NCBI GenBank assembly: GCA_038224035.1 | Contig: JBBRFQ010000001.1 | Coordinates: 9,140-73,139 of the forward strand | From: Gemmatimonadales bacterium | Lineage (GTDB): Bacteria; Gemmatimonadota; Gemmatimonadetes; Gemmatimonadales; Gemmatimonadaceae | Direction: 5' to 3' | DNA length: 64,000 nt | Shown here: positions 38,283-49,608 of the stretch, piece after piece | Layout: each line of letters starts with the position of its first letter | Position numbering within the stretch: position 1 is the first letter of the stretch | Made by a program: the position numbers and the translations under genes | The notes under the pieces: generated by a model | Database searches by the model: none | What the model was told of the DNA's origin: nothing | Seen by the model: the letters and a program-made list of their open reading frames with translations, nothing else

Positions 38283-38399
38283 GAGGAATCGGTTGGTCTT
38301 GTTCTAGTGCAGAGCGCGGGCCAAACTGACGCAGGCGTCGCTTGCATCGTGAAACTGATGATAGATCAACGGGTTACCGACACACGAGGCGGCTAAACG

Positions 38400-38428
38400 C
38401 AAAACCCGCTGTCCCCCCTGACGGACAG
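38400..38428 (-). terminator. Weak terminator-like hairpin after the TerC-family gene (mirror copy)
   Basis: Exact mirror of 17809..17837. Confidence 0.3.
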
Positions 38429-38484
38429 GTGAGACCGCGGATTCTGGGTCAGTGCATGGTCAACGGGGGCAGCCACGTGGCTGC

Positions 38485-39252
38485 TTACAATGCGCCTCGA
38501 TGAGTCTCGGCGACCGGCTCAGCGCGCAGCTCGACAGGCACAATCGTCGATCGAACACGAAGATTGATCATCTCCACCAGCACGGAAAACGCCATCGCGA
38601 AATAGGTGTAGCCCTTCGAGATGTGCTGTCCGAAACCCTCGGCCACGAGATTCGTGCCGATCAGGACAAGGAATGCGAGGGCCAGAACCTTTACGGTGGG
38701 ATGCTTCTCCACAAACGCGCTCACGGGTGTCACCGCCAGCAGCATCACCGCGAGCGCGATCACGTTCGCCGCCACCATGATCTCGATGTGCTCGGCCATG
38801 CCGACCGCGGTAATCACGGAATCGAGCGAGAACACGATGTCGATGACCATAATCTGCGAGACGACCGCACCCATGGACGCAGCTGCTCGCGCAACCTCAC
38901 CCGCGGTGGCCTTCTCGGGCTCGAGCTTGTGATGAATTTCGAGGACGGCCTTGCCGATGAGAAAGAGGCCGCCGAACACCAGAATCAAATCACGGCCGCC
39001 CCAACCACGGCCGAACACCTCGAAGAGCGGCTCGGTGAGCCGTGCGATCCACGCGATGGAAAAGAGTAGACCGAGTCGGCTGACAAACGCCCCCATCAAC
39101 CCCAGTCGGCGCGCCTTCGCCTGCTTGGACGCCTCTACACGCGAGGCGAGAATCGAAATGAAAATGATGTTGTCGATGCCGAGGACAATCTCGAGCGCGG
39201 TCAACGTCAACAACGAAATCCAGGCCGCTGGATCAGACAGCCATTCCATCAC
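38485..39252 (-). CDS. TerC family membrane protein (mirror copy)
   Basis: Exact mirror of 16985..17752. Confidence 0.85.
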   Translation of the reverse strand: MMEWLSDPAAWISLLTLTALEIVLGIDNIIFISILASRVEASKQAKARRLGLMGAFVSRLGLLFSIAWIARLTEPLFEVFGRGWGGRDLILVFGGLFLIGKAVLEIHHKLEPEKATAGEVARAAASMGAVVSQIMVIDIVFSLDSVITAVGMAEHIEIMVAANVIALAVMLLAVTPVSAFVEKHPTVKVLALAFLVLIGTNLVAEGFGQHISKGYTYFAMAFSVLVEMINLRVRSTIVPVELRAEPVAETHRGAL

Positions 39253-39354
39253 ATGCTCCGTAGGTGACTTTGTTTGTCAGGCGTGAAGTTGCGAGTACTG
39301 CGGAGTCCGAGTCGCCGAAGCGGATAGCGAACGATTGCCAGCCGTCGGCAGCGA

Positions 39355-40581
39355 TCACTGCCGACAGGTGCCCGCCGGATCGGGTTTCGGCTTGTCCACG
39401 ACCGGCGCCTGCGGCTGGTTCGCCGTGAATGCGGCCAGCTCATGCAGGTACCGTGTGATTCGCGTGTACTTGGGATACTCGATGTACTGCGGCTCGTCAG
39501 TCACCTGATGGTAGTCTTCGTGAATGCTGGTAAAGAAGAACGCAATCGGGATGCCGTAACGCGCGTAATGATAGTGATCGCTACGGCAGTAGAACTGCTG
39601 CGGGTGTCCGTCGCCGTCGAACTCGTAGTCGAGCTTGAGCGGGCGCGGCTGCTGGTCGTTCACCTCACGCACCCATCGGTCGAACTGCGACGACAGCCGC
39701 TTCGGGCCGAGCACCGTGAGAAAATCGTCCCCGCCGCCTTTGACGTCGCGTGCGCTGCCTCGGCCGATCATGTCGATATTGATCTGCGCAACGATCTTGT
39801 TGCGGTCGACGGTGGGATGGTCCATGAACCACGCCGCACCCACGAGGCCCTTCTCTTCCGCGGTGTGCCACACGAGCAGCAGCGAACGCTTGGGCTTCGT
39901 ACCGCTTGTGGCAAAGGCTTCGGCAATCTCGAGCAGCGCCATGGACCCAGACCCGTCATCGTCGGCGCCGTTGTTGATGGAGTCAAGCCGGGCCGGCCGG
40001 ATCTTGCGGAGCGAATCCACGTTCACGCGAATCGCGGCCAGTTGATCCGGCGACGGTCCCCGTGCGTTGGCATCGCGCCCGATGGCCTCCCATCCGGCGC
40101 GCAGAAACGCACGCATGGAGTCATGATCAACGGCACGACGCGAAAAGCCGACGTGATCGCTGTGCGCGCCGAGCGCGACGTACTCGGCCTTGAGCGTCGG
40201 GTCGCTCCCTTCAATCACGGCCACGACATTGCGTGACCAGCTTGTATCAACGCGCTCACCGGCCGGTGCGCGGCGTGGCACCAGCGGCACGCGCTGATAG
40301 TAGCCGTTTTCACCGGCAGGCTTGACGCCAAGTCGCGTGAGTTCGCTCACGAGGTAGGAGAGCGCCTTTTCGTGGCCCACGCTGCCGGCATCGCGCCCCT
40401 GCATGGAATCGTCGGCGTAGATGAAGAGCCGTTGGCGCAAATCCGCTTCGGTGATGGCTGGGGAGTAGCTGCGGGTGGGGGCGGCCGGCGAGCGCGCGCC
40501 GTTGCCCTGCTGCGCGCAGGCCACCAGCGACAGACAGCAGAGCGCCAGCGGGGCCGACGCGAGCGTAAGGCGGCTGAACAT
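39355..40581 (-). CDS. M28 family metallopeptidase lipoprotein (mirror copy)
   Basis: Exact mirror of 15656..16882. Confidence 0.8.
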   Translation of the reverse strand: MFSRLTLASAPLALCCLSLVACAQQGNGARSPAAPTRSYSPAITEADLRQRLFIYADDSMQGRDAGSVGHEKALSYLVSELTRLGVKPAGENGYYQRVPLVPRRAPAGERVDTSWSRNVVAVIEGSDPTLKAEYVALGAHSDHVGFSRRAVDHDSMRAFLRAGWEAIGRDANARGPSPDQLAAIRVNVDSLRKIRPARLDSINNGADDDGSGSMALLEIAEAFATSGTKPKRSLLLVWHTAEEKGLVGAAWFMDHPTVDRNKIVAQINIDMIGRGSARDVKGGGDDFLTVLGPKRLSSQFDRWVREVNDQQPRPLKLDYEFDGDGHPQQFYCRSDHYHYARYGIPIAFFFTSIHEDYHQVTDEPQYIEYPKYTRITRYLHELAAFTANQPQAPVVDKPKPDPAGTCRQ

Positions 40582-40669
40582 TCGAGACGTGGGCACGACG
40601 GGACGGGGGCAAAAGGGTGACGGTGTTTGACGCCGAAGAATACCCTGACCAGCTGGAGCGGAGATAGCT

Positions 40670-41455
40670 TTGGGCATGTCTTCCGCGATGAATTCTTCGA
40701 CAGGCCATACACCCCGTTCGGGCGGCTCGGATCCGTCCTCTCCGAAAGAGAGAAGTGGCCCTCGTCCGGCAGTGGTACTGCTCAGCGGAGGGCTCGACTC
40801 CACCACCGTGCTGTCGGTCGCCAAGCGCGACGGCTTCTCGCCGCACGCCATGACGTTTCGCTACGGCCAGCGCCACGCCTACGAAATTGAGGCGGCGCAC
40901 CGCGTGGCAGCGGCGCAGGGCGTGACGGCACACGTCGTCGTAGATATCGATTTGCGACAGTGGGGCGGTTCGGCGCTCACCGGCGATGTCGCGGTGCCCA
41001 AGGATCGCGATGTTGCGTCGGCGCACGATATCCCAGTCACCTATGTGCCGGCCCGCAACACGATCTTTCTGTCGTTCGCGCTCGCGTGGGCGGAAACATT
41101 GGGTGCCACCGACATTTTTGTCGGTGTGAATGCGCTCGATTATTCCGGCTATCCCGATTGCCGGCCGGACTACCTGCGCGCCTTCGAGACGATGGCGAAT
41201 CTGGCCACACGCGCCGGCGTGGAAGGCACGCACCGTCTCGCCATTCACGCACCGCTGCTGCATCTCACCAAGGCCGGCATCATTGCGCTTGGGCATTCGC
41301 TCGGCGTGGACTATTCCATTACCACAAGTTGCTACGATCCCTCGGCCGACGGCTCTGCGTGCGGACACTGTGACGCCTGCTTGCTGCGTCTCAAAGGTTT
41401 TGCCGAAGCGGGTGCACAGGATCCGATCGCCTACGTGGAGCCGCGCGACTCATGA
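40670..41455 (+). CDS. queC: 7-cyano-7-deazaguanine synthase (mirror copy)
   Basis: Exact mirror of 14782..15567. Confidence 0.9.
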   Translation: MGMSSAMNSSTGHTPRSGGSDPSSPKERSGPRPAVVLLSGGLDSTTVLSVAKRDGFSPHAMTFRYGQRHAYEIEAAHRVAAAQGVTAHVVVDIDLRQWGGSALTGDVAVPKDRDVASAHDIPVTYVPARNTIFLSFALAWAETLGATDIFVGVNALDYSGYPDCRPDYLRAFETMANLATRAGVEGTHRLAIHAPLLHLTKAGIIALGHSLGVDYSITTSCYDPSADGSACGHCDACLLRLKGFAEAGAQDPIAYVEPRDS

Positions 41456-42096
41456 CGTACACGGTGAAGGAGATTTTCTACACTTTACAAGGTGAGGGTG
41501 TGAACGCCGGCCGACCGGCCGTGTTCTGCCGTTTTTCCGGATGCAATCTGTGGACGGGACGTGAGGCCGACCGTGCCGACGCAGTGTGCCAGTTCTGCGA
41601 CACGGATTTTGTCGGCGTGGGGCCGGACGGCGGGAAATTTGCCACGGCGGGCGCGTTGGCCGCTGCGGTGAAGTTGCGCTGGCCGGACGAAGCGGCGGCC
41701 GGCGCCCGACCGTTCGTGGTGTGCACGGGCGGCGAACCGTTGCTGCAGCTTGACCGCGCGGCGATCAGTGCGCTGCACGACGAAGGGTTTGAGATCGCCG
41801 TGGAGAGTAACGGTACGATCGCCGCCCCGGAGGGGATTGATTGGTTGTGCGTCAGTCCGAAAGTAAATGCGACGCTGGTACAAACGGCAGGCGACGAACT
41901 TAAGCTGGTGTTTCCGCAGGATGGACCGGCTGGTGATCCGGCGCGATTCGCCTCGTTCAACTTCGCGAACTTCTTGCTGCAGCCAATGGACGGACCTCGG
42001 CGAGCGGAAAATACGGCCGCGGCTATCGCGTATTGTCTGGCAAATCCGCGTTGGCGTTTGTCAGTGCAAACGCACAAGGACATCGGCGTTCGCTGA
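41452..42096 (+). CDS. queE: 7-carboxy-7-deazaguanine synthase (mirror copy)
   Basis: Exact mirror of 14141..14785. Confidence 0.9.
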   Translation: MTYTVKEIFYTLQGEGVNAGRPAVFCRFSGCNLWTGREADRADAVCQFCDTDFVGVGPDGGKFATAGALAAAVKLRWPDEAAAGARPFVVCTGGEPLLQLDRAAISALHDEGFEIAVESNGTIAAPEGIDWLCVSPKVNATLVQTAGDELKLVFPQDGPAGDPARFASFNFANFLLQPMDGPRRAENTAAAIAYCLANPRWRLSVQTHKDIGVR

Positions 42097-42107
42097 CGCG
42101 GTACGAA

Positions 42108-42509
42108 CTACCAGATCCGCGTGACCCCATAGGGTACGAGCAGCGGATCGTTGCTCACCAACGGAAGCCCGAGGCGCAGTGACTGGGCAACGAGCATGCG
42201 ATCAAACGGGTCGCGGTGGTGTCGCGGGAGCAGGCCGGCCATGTGCGCGTCTCGCCCGACGATTGGAAGCTCCGTGAATCCTTGGGCCAGCAGCAAGTCA
42301 GGAAGCTCGGCGAGCAGCAGCTCGCCACCCGGCAGCTTGCCGAGCTGCGTCTTGATGGCGATCTCCCAGGTGGAGACGGCGCTTACGTGCACGGCTCGCG
42401 CGCTCTCGATGGACGCACGTGCGTGCCCGGAGAGCTGTGCGTCGCCGGCCAGCCACCACAGGAGCGCGTGCGTATCGAGTAGCAGCACTTCAGCCGCCGT
42501 CCCAAGCAT
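42108..42509 (-). CDS. vapC: VapC-family PIN toxin (mirror copy)
   Basis: Exact mirror of 13728..14129. Confidence 0.8.
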   Translation of the reverse strand: MLGTAAEVLLLDTHALLWWLAGDAQLSGHARASIESARAVHVSAVSTWEIAIKTQLGKLPGGELLLAELPDLLLAQGFTELPIVGRDAHMAGLLPRHHRDPFDRMLVAQSLRLGLPLVSNDPLLVPYGVTRIW

Positions 42510-42783
42510 CGAGCTCGGTGCTGGTCAGGGGCGACAAAAAATCGGCCGGAACCACCAGCGATTCGCGCAGCGCCCCGAACTCGCGCTGCGAACCACGTTG
42601 ATCGATCGGGATCAGGCGCGCCACGGGCGTGTTGCCGCGAGCGATGACGTACTCTGCGCCCGTCGCGACCTCGCGCAGAAGGCGTGACAGATGTGTTTTA
42701 GCGTAGTGCACCGTCACTTCCTCGGCGTCGACGGAAGGCGAATGGTCGGACTCATCGGGCGGCACGGTCATAGCTGGCTCCAT
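42490..42783 (-). CDS. Phd/YefM-family antitoxin (mirror copy)
   Basis: Exact mirror of 13454..13747. Confidence 0.75.
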   Translation of the reverse strand: MEPAMTVPPDESDHSPSVDAEEVTVHYAKTHLSRLLREVATGAEYVIARGNTPVARLIPIDQRGSQREFGALRESLVVPADFLSPLTSTELDAWDGG

Positions 42784-42787
42784 GTAA

Positions 42788-42811
42788 GACTTAGTCAACA
42801 AACTAAGTCAA
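42788..42811. promoter_or_regulatory. Putative TA operator inverted repeat (mirror copy)
   Basis: Exact mirror of 13426..13449. Confidence 0.35.
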
Positions 42812-42857
42812 GGGAAGAATGCCGTCAAGGTTGCCGATTCCTCCTCAGCATCTCCAC

Positions 42858-44477
42858 TTACCGCGTCGACCGCCGTAGCGCCCGCCCCGTTCCCACCGCT
42901 GACCGCTCGCCGTTTCGCAGCGCCACCGCGCCGTTCACCAGCACCAGCCGCATGCCGTCGGGGTACTGAAACGGCGCCTCGAACGTTGCCGTGTCGGCAA
43001 TTCTGGCAGCGTCGAACACCGTGATGTCGGCCCACAGTCCAACCGCGATCCGGCCTCGATCGGTCAGTCGGACGCGCGAGGCCGGCAGCGCGCTCATCTT
43101 GTGAATCGCCGCCGCCATCGTGAGCGCGCTGCGCTCACGCACGTATCGTCCGAGTACGCGCGCGAAACTGCCAATGCCACGCGGATGCGGACTGCCTCGG
43201 CGCGTCGGACCGTCAATCGCAAAGCCGCCGCCGTCCGTGCACACCATGCCGAGTGGATGCGCCAGAATGCGTTCAAGGTTCTCCTCGCTCATCGCAAAGC
43301 CGACCATGCTCACGTTGCCGTCGCTACGGCGTAGCAACTGCACGGTGCGCTCGTACGGATCAGTGTTGCTACGATTCGCGTACGCGCCGAGCCGAGCGCC
43401 CTCCGCATCGCGGTCCACAACCGCACCCACGGACGTGATCTGTACATTGTCCCAGCCGCCGAGCAGCGCGATCTTGGCCAGTGTTTCCGTGCGGATCCTG
43501 GGGCCATCCGTCGCATCATCGAGTCGACGGAAAAATGCCGCGGTGCCACCGTCGCGACTCCAAACCGGGAAGAGATTGGTGAGCCCCGTTGCGTACGCGA
43601 GATATGGGTAGCGATCAAACGCAACATCAAGGCCGCCGGCCTGCTCGGCTTCGATGCGCGCGAACACCATATCGAGCGACTTCCAGTTACGTGGTCCCTG
43701 CGTTTTGAGATGTGAGATCTGCAGGCCGCATCCGGCGCCCTTGGCGACGGCGATCGATTCATCAATCGCCTCGAGCAACCGATCATCCTCATTGCGCATG
43801 TGTGTGGCGTACACGAGACCGCGCGCCGCAAGCGGCTTGCACAGCGCAATGAGTTCTTCCCGCGACGCGAAAGCGCCTGGTGTGTACTCAAGTCCCGACG
43901 ATGCACCGCACGCCCCATCGGCCAGTGCGCGTTCCACGAACGTGCGCATGCTGTCGAGTTCCGAGGCCGTCGCCGGACGGTCGTCGTTGCCGACCACAGC
44001 GCCGCGCACGCTGCCCAAGCCGACGTTGCTGGCCACGTTGCACGCCGGCTGCAATCGGTCAATGCTATCGAAATACGCGGCAAACGGACGCGCCGGGGAG
44101 CCCAGCGCGCGCGAACTCCCGTCGGCTCCACCAACGATTGTGGTGATGCCCTGACGAATCACCGACTCGGCGCGCGGATCTTCAAACAGCGCGCTATCGG
44201 CGTGTGAATGCAAATCCACAAAACCGGGCGCAACCACCAGTCCACGCGTGTCGATTTCTTCGCGGCCACGGCCCGTGATCGAGGGTGCCAGCTCCGCAAT
44301 GCGGCCGTTCGTGATGCCAACATCGAGCTCGCGACCCGGGGTGCCGGTGCCATCGAACACCGTACCGCCGCGCAGAATGAGGTCGTGGTCGGCGGAGGCG
44401 CCGAGCAGTCGTTGAGCGGCCAACAGCGAGAGTGCCGTAGCCGAACTGGTCGCGAGAAACGATCGACGGGAAGTCAT
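42858..44477 (-). CDS. D-aminoacylase family amidohydrolase (mirror copy)
   Basis: Exact mirror of 11760..13379. Confidence 0.8.
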   Translation of the reverse strand: MTSRRSFLATSSATALSLLAAQRLLGASADHDLILRGGTVFDGTGTPGRELDVGITNGRIAELAPSITGRGREEIDTRGLVVAPGFVDLHSHADSALFEDPRAESVIRQGITTIVGGADGSSRALGSPARPFAAYFDSIDRLQPACNVASNVGLGSVRGAVVGNDDRPATASELDSMRTFVERALADGACGASSGLEYTPGAFASREELIALCKPLAARGLVYATHMRNEDDRLLEAIDESIAVAKGAGCGLQISHLKTQGPRNWKSLDMVFARIEAEQAGGLDVAFDRYPYLAYATGLTNLFPVWSRDGGTAAFFRRLDDATDGPRIRTETLAKIALLGGWDNVQITSVGAVVDRDAEGARLGAYANRSNTDPYERTVQLLRRSDGNVSMVGFAMSEENLERILAHPLGMVCTDGGGFAIDGPTRRGSPHPRGIGSFARVLGRYVRERSALTMAAAIHKMSALPASRVRLTDRGRIAVGLWADITVFDAARIADTATFEAPFQYPDGMRLVLVNGAVALRNGERSAVGTGRALRRSTR

Positions 44478-44515
44478 GATATTGAGGAGGAAGCGACGGT
44501 GTGCCGGTCGGCCTG

Positions 44516-45478
44516 TTACGCCATTTCCCCACGGACCTGCTGCATGATCGACTGGAGCGAGTTGCCGCGCGCGATCTCGCTCACACGCTCCTGCACCCGT
44601 GGATACATGGTCGTGGCGTCCTGCTTGAGTTTTGAGAATAGCGCTTTGAAGTCGGTGGACGACATGTTGCGCCCTTGCGCGTAGTACTGCTGCGCTGCGT
44701 GTCCCAGTGCATATGTGGCCGCGAAGGTGACGGCACCGCCGGCGGCCGTGCCGGCCACGCCACCGAACAATCCACCGAGCAAACCGCCGGCCAATCCGCC
44801 GAAGGTTTTGCGCACCACGGATTCCATGACCTGCGCCGCGATGCCAACACCGAGCGTGGCCATCAGCTCCCGCACGTGCGGCCCGTCGGTCGCTCCGCTG
44901 CGTTGCCCGATCATGTGCACGAGTCGCATCTGCAGCGGAATGATGCCGAGGTTCGCGAGCCGATCGGGAAGCAGTTCGAGCGCGGCCGAGAGCAGTGCCT
45001 GATTCAGAATGAACTCGTCCCTCGAGCCCGCGTCGCTCGGCGGCGCGTTCGTTGCACCAGCGCTTGACGCAAACGACGCACCGGACGCAGTTCCGCTGCC
45101 GGCCGACAGCCAGCCATCGATTGCCTTGGCGGTAGTCGTCGACTGAGCGTCGATCTGCGCGGCATCGACGTCGAGCGACTTGGCCAGGCTCTGGAGGAAC
45201 AGCGTCTCGCGCGTATTGGCGTAGCCGTCGGCGTGGCACACGGCGACCGCTACTTGATATGCCGCGAGGCGCGCTTCGATCGTTGTCAGCCGTCGCGCGA
45301 CTTTCGCGGCTTCGATCGGGGCGCTGGCGCCGTCTGCGAGCACGACTTCGTCGAGCGGCACGCCGAGTCGGGCGGCGGCATCGGCGATCTGCGCCTGCTC
45401 CTGAGCGTCACGCACGCCGTCGGCCATGGCGGCGATTGCAGCAATGATGACAATCGCCTGCGCGGATTCTTCAGTCAT
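44516..45478 (-). CDS. TerB-like / DUF697-like protein (mirror copy)
   Basis: Exact mirror of 10759..11721. Confidence 0.5.
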   Translation of the reverse strand: MTEESAQAIVIIAAIAAMADGVRDAQEQAQIADAAARLGVPLDEVVLADGASAPIEAAKVARRLTTIEARLAAYQVAVAVCHADGYANTRETLFLQSLAKSLDVDAAQIDAQSTTTAKAIDGWLSAGSGTASGASFASSAGATNAPPSDAGSRDEFILNQALLSAALELLPDRLANLGIIPLQMRLVHMIGQRSGATDGPHVRELMATLGVGIAAQVMESVVRKTFGGLAGGLLGGLFGGVAGTAAGGAVTFAATYALGHAAQQYYAQGRNMSSTDFKALFSKLKQDATTMYPRVQERVSEIARGNSLQSIMQQVRGEMA

Positions 45479-45665
45479 GCGAGCAATGGGTAGGAGTGAG
45501 GCGCTGACGCACTGACACTTTCGAACGATGCGCGAAGTGGATGCGTCGGGCAAGCGCATCGTGCGGCGCGGCTCTCGAATGAAGAAGTCAAAAGACAAAT
45601 CACCGGAGGACAGCGTCTGCTGTCCCCCGGCTGAGTGGTGTGACGCGCTCCAGCACCTCGCCAGC

Positions 45666-48600
45666 TTACCGCACGGCCGGCACCATCACGGCGCGATCGG
45701 TGGGCGCCACCTTGACCACGCGGAGCACGGTCGAACTGGTCTGACCACCGGCCTCGAGCACGATACGATAGTCACCGGTATCGGCCGGCCGCGCTGCGCC
45801 GAATCCGCCAAAGCCGCCACCGCCACCACCACTACCACCACCGGTTGCTTGTGGCGCGGCCGCCGCCGCAGCCAAACGACGCTGCACCGCCGCCGGGCTC
45901 GCCGAGGAATCAGCCGCGCCGCGTGCTTCTGCCGGACGCGGATTGTAGCCCGCGGGGAATCCCTCCAGCTGCACACCTCCGGCACCTTGCGCGCCTCGCC
46001 CGCCACCACCACCGAACCCCCCTGCTCCGCCGCCAGCGTCGAGATTCCACTCCACACGATGCAGCCCCGCCGTGTTGCCGCCGGCCAGTCGCGCGAGCGT
46101 ATCACCACCGGCGCTGAGCACGAACACGCGCGCTGCTCCGGTGACCGGCGCAGAGAGGCGATACGTGATCACGGCGCCCGACGGTCCGCCTTCGGTGCGC
46201 CACGGACTCTGCGCCCGCACTTCCGACGGTGCAGGCAGCTGGCCGTACTGAAATGCCGGCGCCGGTTCGAACACATGCACGGGCTTCGCAGCCACCGGCG
46301 CCGTCATCTGCTGCAGTGGCGCGACATCAAGGATCTGCACGCCGCGGCCGTGCGTGCCGGCGATGAGCTCGCGGTCGCGCGGATGCACCTGCAAGTCGTA
46401 CACCGGCACCACCGGCAGATTGCCGTTGAGTGCAAACCATGACCTGCCGGCATCGAGTGATGCGGACACGCCGAGTTCCGTACCGATGTACAGCAACTCC
46501 TTGTTCACGGGATCTTCGCGCACCACGTACACCGTGTTGGGCCGGTCACGGGGAATGCCCGCGGCCAACGAAGCAAATGACTTTCCGTAGTCGCGTGAGA
46601 CGAACAAATACGGCGTGAAGTCATTCTCGCGATGATTGTCGAATGACACGTACAGCGTGGCCGTGTCGTAGCGCGAGCCTTCCACGCGGCTCACATACGT
46701 GTTGCGCGGAACGCCGGCAAATCGGCCCGACAAATCCTCCCACGTACCGCCATCATTCCGGGTGAGCCACACTTTGCCGTCGCTCGTGCCCACATACAAC
46801 ATCCCGGGCTTGATCGGCGACTCGCCGATCGTGACAATCGTCGCGTTCTCTTCGGCACCCGTGGCATCGCGCGTGATGCCCCCGGTAGCGTCAGACGCGG
46901 GATTGCCAAGGGCGTCAAAGCCGGTCGTGATGCGCAGCACGTCTTCGTCGGCGGTGGAAAGATCAGGGGAGATCGCGTACAAATCGAGCCCACTCTTCAC
47001 CGACTTGAACAGCTTTTCAGCGCCTGCGTAGAACACATTGGCGTCGTGCCGCGAGAGGATGAACGGTGTGTTCCAATTCCACCGCGTCGCAACCTGCGGA
47101 TCACTCAACTCATCTTTCATGCGGGCGCGAACTGCGGTGAGTCGCCCCTGCTCTTCGGCCGTGAGCTTGCGTCCGGCCGCCGCAGACTGAATGGCCGCGA
47201 TCTGCGGCGCATAGTTGGCGCGCGACAGCGTGCGCGGCCGCAGCCGCGAAAGTTCGCCCGTGCCGAGGTCGCGGCGCATCAGATTGCCACCCTGCGACTC
47301 GAAATAGACGATGTCGGGATTGAACGGATTCTGCGCCGACTGCAATCCATCGGCGGCAAACAATGCGAACCAGTCGGTCATCTGCAGCGAACCGCCGCGC
47401 CGCCGCGTGATGGCGCACGACGTGCCGTTGTCCTGCATGCCACCGCACACACGATAGGGCACCTGATAGTCGTAACTGATGCCGTAGAACTGCGACATCA
47501 CCATTTTGTTGAGGGCGTCGTACGTGCCACCCCGATCAACGGTTTGAAACAGTCCGGCGTCCCCACCAACGAGAAAGTGCTCGGGATCGTCGGGGTTGAT
47601 CCACATCGCGTGGTAGTCTTCGTGAATGCCAAGCATGCTCGCGCGCCACGAATGCCCACCGTCATCGGAGGCGTGGAACGCGACGGCCAAACGATACACG
47701 CGATCGGGATTTTTCGGATCGACGGCGATCTCGGAGAAGTAGAACGGACGCCGATTCTCGGTGCTCATCCACGTCCACGTTGTCCCCGCATCGGCAGATC
47801 GATACAAACCACTCAGCAACAGCTGCGGCGTCTTCGTGCCACGCACTGAGTCCGCTTCGACCATCGCGTACACCACGTCGGGATTGCTGCGCGCAATCGC
47901 GAGCGTGATGCGCCCTTTCATGGTCCCGGGGAATCCGCCGCCGCGAACTTCGTTCCACGACGTGCCGCCGTCGGTACTCTTCCACAGCGCCGAGCCAGGC
48001 CCGCCACTATTGAAAGAGCTCGGCTTGCGAATGCGCTCCCAACTGGCGGCGTACAACACATTCGGATCGCGCGGATCCATCGCCACGTCCACAAAGCCGG
48101 CGCGATCGCTGATGAACTTGGACAGCGCCCACGTTTTGCCACCGTCCACCGTCTTGTACAACCCACGTTCGGCGTTCGTGCCCCACAGCGCGCCGAGCGC
48201 CGCGACATACACGATGTCGGGATTCGTGGGATGAATGACGATGCGTCCGATGTGCTGCGTTCTCTCAAGGCCCATCGACTGCCACGTAAGTCCACCGTCG
48301 GAGCTTTTGTAAACGCCAAATCCAGGCGCGACCGAGTTGCGCGAATCTTCTTCGCCGGTGCCCGCCCACACGATGTCGGGATTGCTTGGCGCAATCGCGA
48401 TATCGCCCATCGAGGCGATTGGTCCGTCGTCCCACACGGGGAAGAACGTCGTGCCCGCGTTCACCGTCTTCCAGATGCCTCCGGTCGCGCCGGCCACGTA
48501 AAAGATTTTGTGATTCTTCGGATTGACGGCCAGCGCCGTGATGCGGCCCACCATGTTCACGGGGCCAAGGGAGCGCCAGCGCATGGCGGCGCGCGTGGTG

Positions 48601-48725
48601 GAGTCGGCGATCAGTTGTGCGTCCGCCGACGCTGCGGTAGGACCGACGAGCAGCGCCGCGAGGGCAGCGGCGCGGAGGGAACGAGAGAGCACGGCGAGTG
48701 GGGTTGAGGGTTCGCGGCCAAGCAT
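45666..48725 (-). CDS. BNR/Asp-box sortilin-like secreted protein (mirror copy)
   Basis: Exact mirror of 7512..10571. Confidence 0.75.
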   Translation of the reverse strand: MLGREPSTPLAVLSRSLRAAALAALLVGPTAASADAQLIADSTTRAAMRWRSLGPVNMVGRITALAVNPKNHKIFYVAGATGGIWKTVNAGTTFFPVWDDGPIASMGDIAIAPSNPDIVWAGTGEEDSRNSVAPGFGVYKSSDGGLTWQSMGLERTQHIGRIVIHPTNPDIVYVAALGALWGTNAERGLYKTVDGGKTWALSKFISDRAGFVDVAMDPRDPNVLYAASWERIRKPSSFNSGGPGSALWKSTDGGTSWNEVRGGGFPGTMKGRITLAIARSNPDVVYAMVEADSVRGTKTPQLLLSGLYRSADAGTTWTWMSTENRRPFYFSEIAVDPKNPDRVYRLAVAFHASDDGGHSWRASMLGIHEDYHAMWINPDDPEHFLVGGDAGLFQTVDRGGTYDALNKMVMSQFYGISYDYQVPYRVCGGMQDNGTSCAITRRRGGSLQMTDWFALFAADGLQSAQNPFNPDIVYFESQGGNLMRRDLGTGELSRLRPRTLSRANYAPQIAAIQSAAAGRKLTAEEQGRLTAVRARMKDELSDPQVATRWNWNTPFILSRHDANVFYAGAEKLFKSVKSGLDLYAISPDLSTADEDVLRITTGFDALGNPASDATGGITRDATGAEENATIVTIGESPIKPGMLYVGTSDGKVWLTRNDGGTWEDLSGRFAGVPRNTYVSRVEGSRYDTATLYVSFDNHRENDFTPYLFVSRDYGKSFASLAAGIPRDRPNTVYVVREDPVNKELLYIGTELGVSASLDAGRSWFALNGNLPVVPVYDLQVHPRDRELIAGTHGRGVQILDVAPLQQMTAPVAAKPVHVFEPAPAFQYGQLPAPSEVRAQSPWRTEGGPSGAVITYRLSAPVTGAARVFVLSAGGDTLARLAGGNTAGLHRVEWNLDAGGGAGGFGGGGGRGAQGAGGVQLEGFPAGYNPRPAEARGAADSSASPAAVQRRLAAAAAAPQATGGGSGGGGGGFGGFGAARPADTGDYRIVLEAGGQTSSTVLRVVKVAPTDRAVMVPAVR

Positions 48726-48867
48726 ACTGCGAGTACGCAGTCGGCGCGAATCCGTTCGTCACGGGGGATTGATCTCCCCCGCCGACCGCTGCCGACCGCG
48801 GTCATTCGCTCGGGCGCTACGACTCGCGGTAGACCTCAGCAACGCATAGCGTGGAGTGAGGCGCGAG

Positions 48868-49581
48868 CTAACGACCGATCCCGTTCACTTCAGCGCGCAA
48901 AATGTCACGAAACTGCGCCGTAGGAATCGCGCCGAGCACGCGCCGCTCGCGTTGCAGGAAGAATGTCGGGGTGCCGTACACGCGCAGCGCAAGCGCCGCG
49001 GCCTTGTGCTCCCGCACGCGTGCCCGCATGCGTTCGCTGCGCACGCAGTCGTTGAACTGTACGGTGTCGGCGCCAATGGAACGGGCAATCTCAAGCAGCA
49101 CGGGCGCGGGTTTGCCAACGCGTCCCCACTGCTTTTGCCTAGCCAACAGCGAATCGTGCATCGCGAAGTAGCGCCCCTGTTCGGCCGCGCACTCCGCAGC
49201 CTCCGCCGCGAAGGCGGAGTGGCGGAACGCACCGCCAACGAAGGGGACGGACCGCCAGCGCACCTGCCCCGTATTGATGAACTCGCGCTGCACCATGCCG
49301 AACGATTGGGCCGTGAAACTCGCACACTGGCTACAGCCGAAATCGAGAAACTCAATCACCTCAACCGGCGCATTCGTGGAACCGACCGTATGACCGAGCC
49401 TATTCAGATCCTGCGCGGCGACGCGGTCGGCCTGCAACGTGAAAAAACAGAGCGTCGCGCCGAATGTCGTCGTAACACGAGTGCGCCAACTGGTTCTGGG
49501 GGATCGGTGCATTAATCCGGTTGCCGGGGTAAAGATACGTTCGTCAAATTTAGTGGCCTGTAAGGTTGTCATCCATTTCAC
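48868..49581 (-). CDS. DsbA-family oxidoreductase (mirror copy)
   Basis: Exact mirror of 6656..7369. Confidence 0.75.
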   Translation of the reverse strand: MKWMTTLQATKFDERIFTPATGLMHRSPRTSWRTRVTTTFGATLCFFTLQADRVAAQDLNRLGHTVGSTNAPVEVIEFLDFGCSQCASFTAQSFGMVQREFINTGQVRWRSVPFVGGAFRHSAFAAEAAECAAEQGRYFAMHDSLLARQKQWGRVGKPAPVLLEIARSIGADTVQFNDCVRSERMRARVREHKAAALALRVYGTPTFFLQRERRVLGAIPTAQFRDILRAEVNGIGR

Positions 49582-49608
49582 GCCACCAACCGCTCTTACC
49601 CCTCGTGC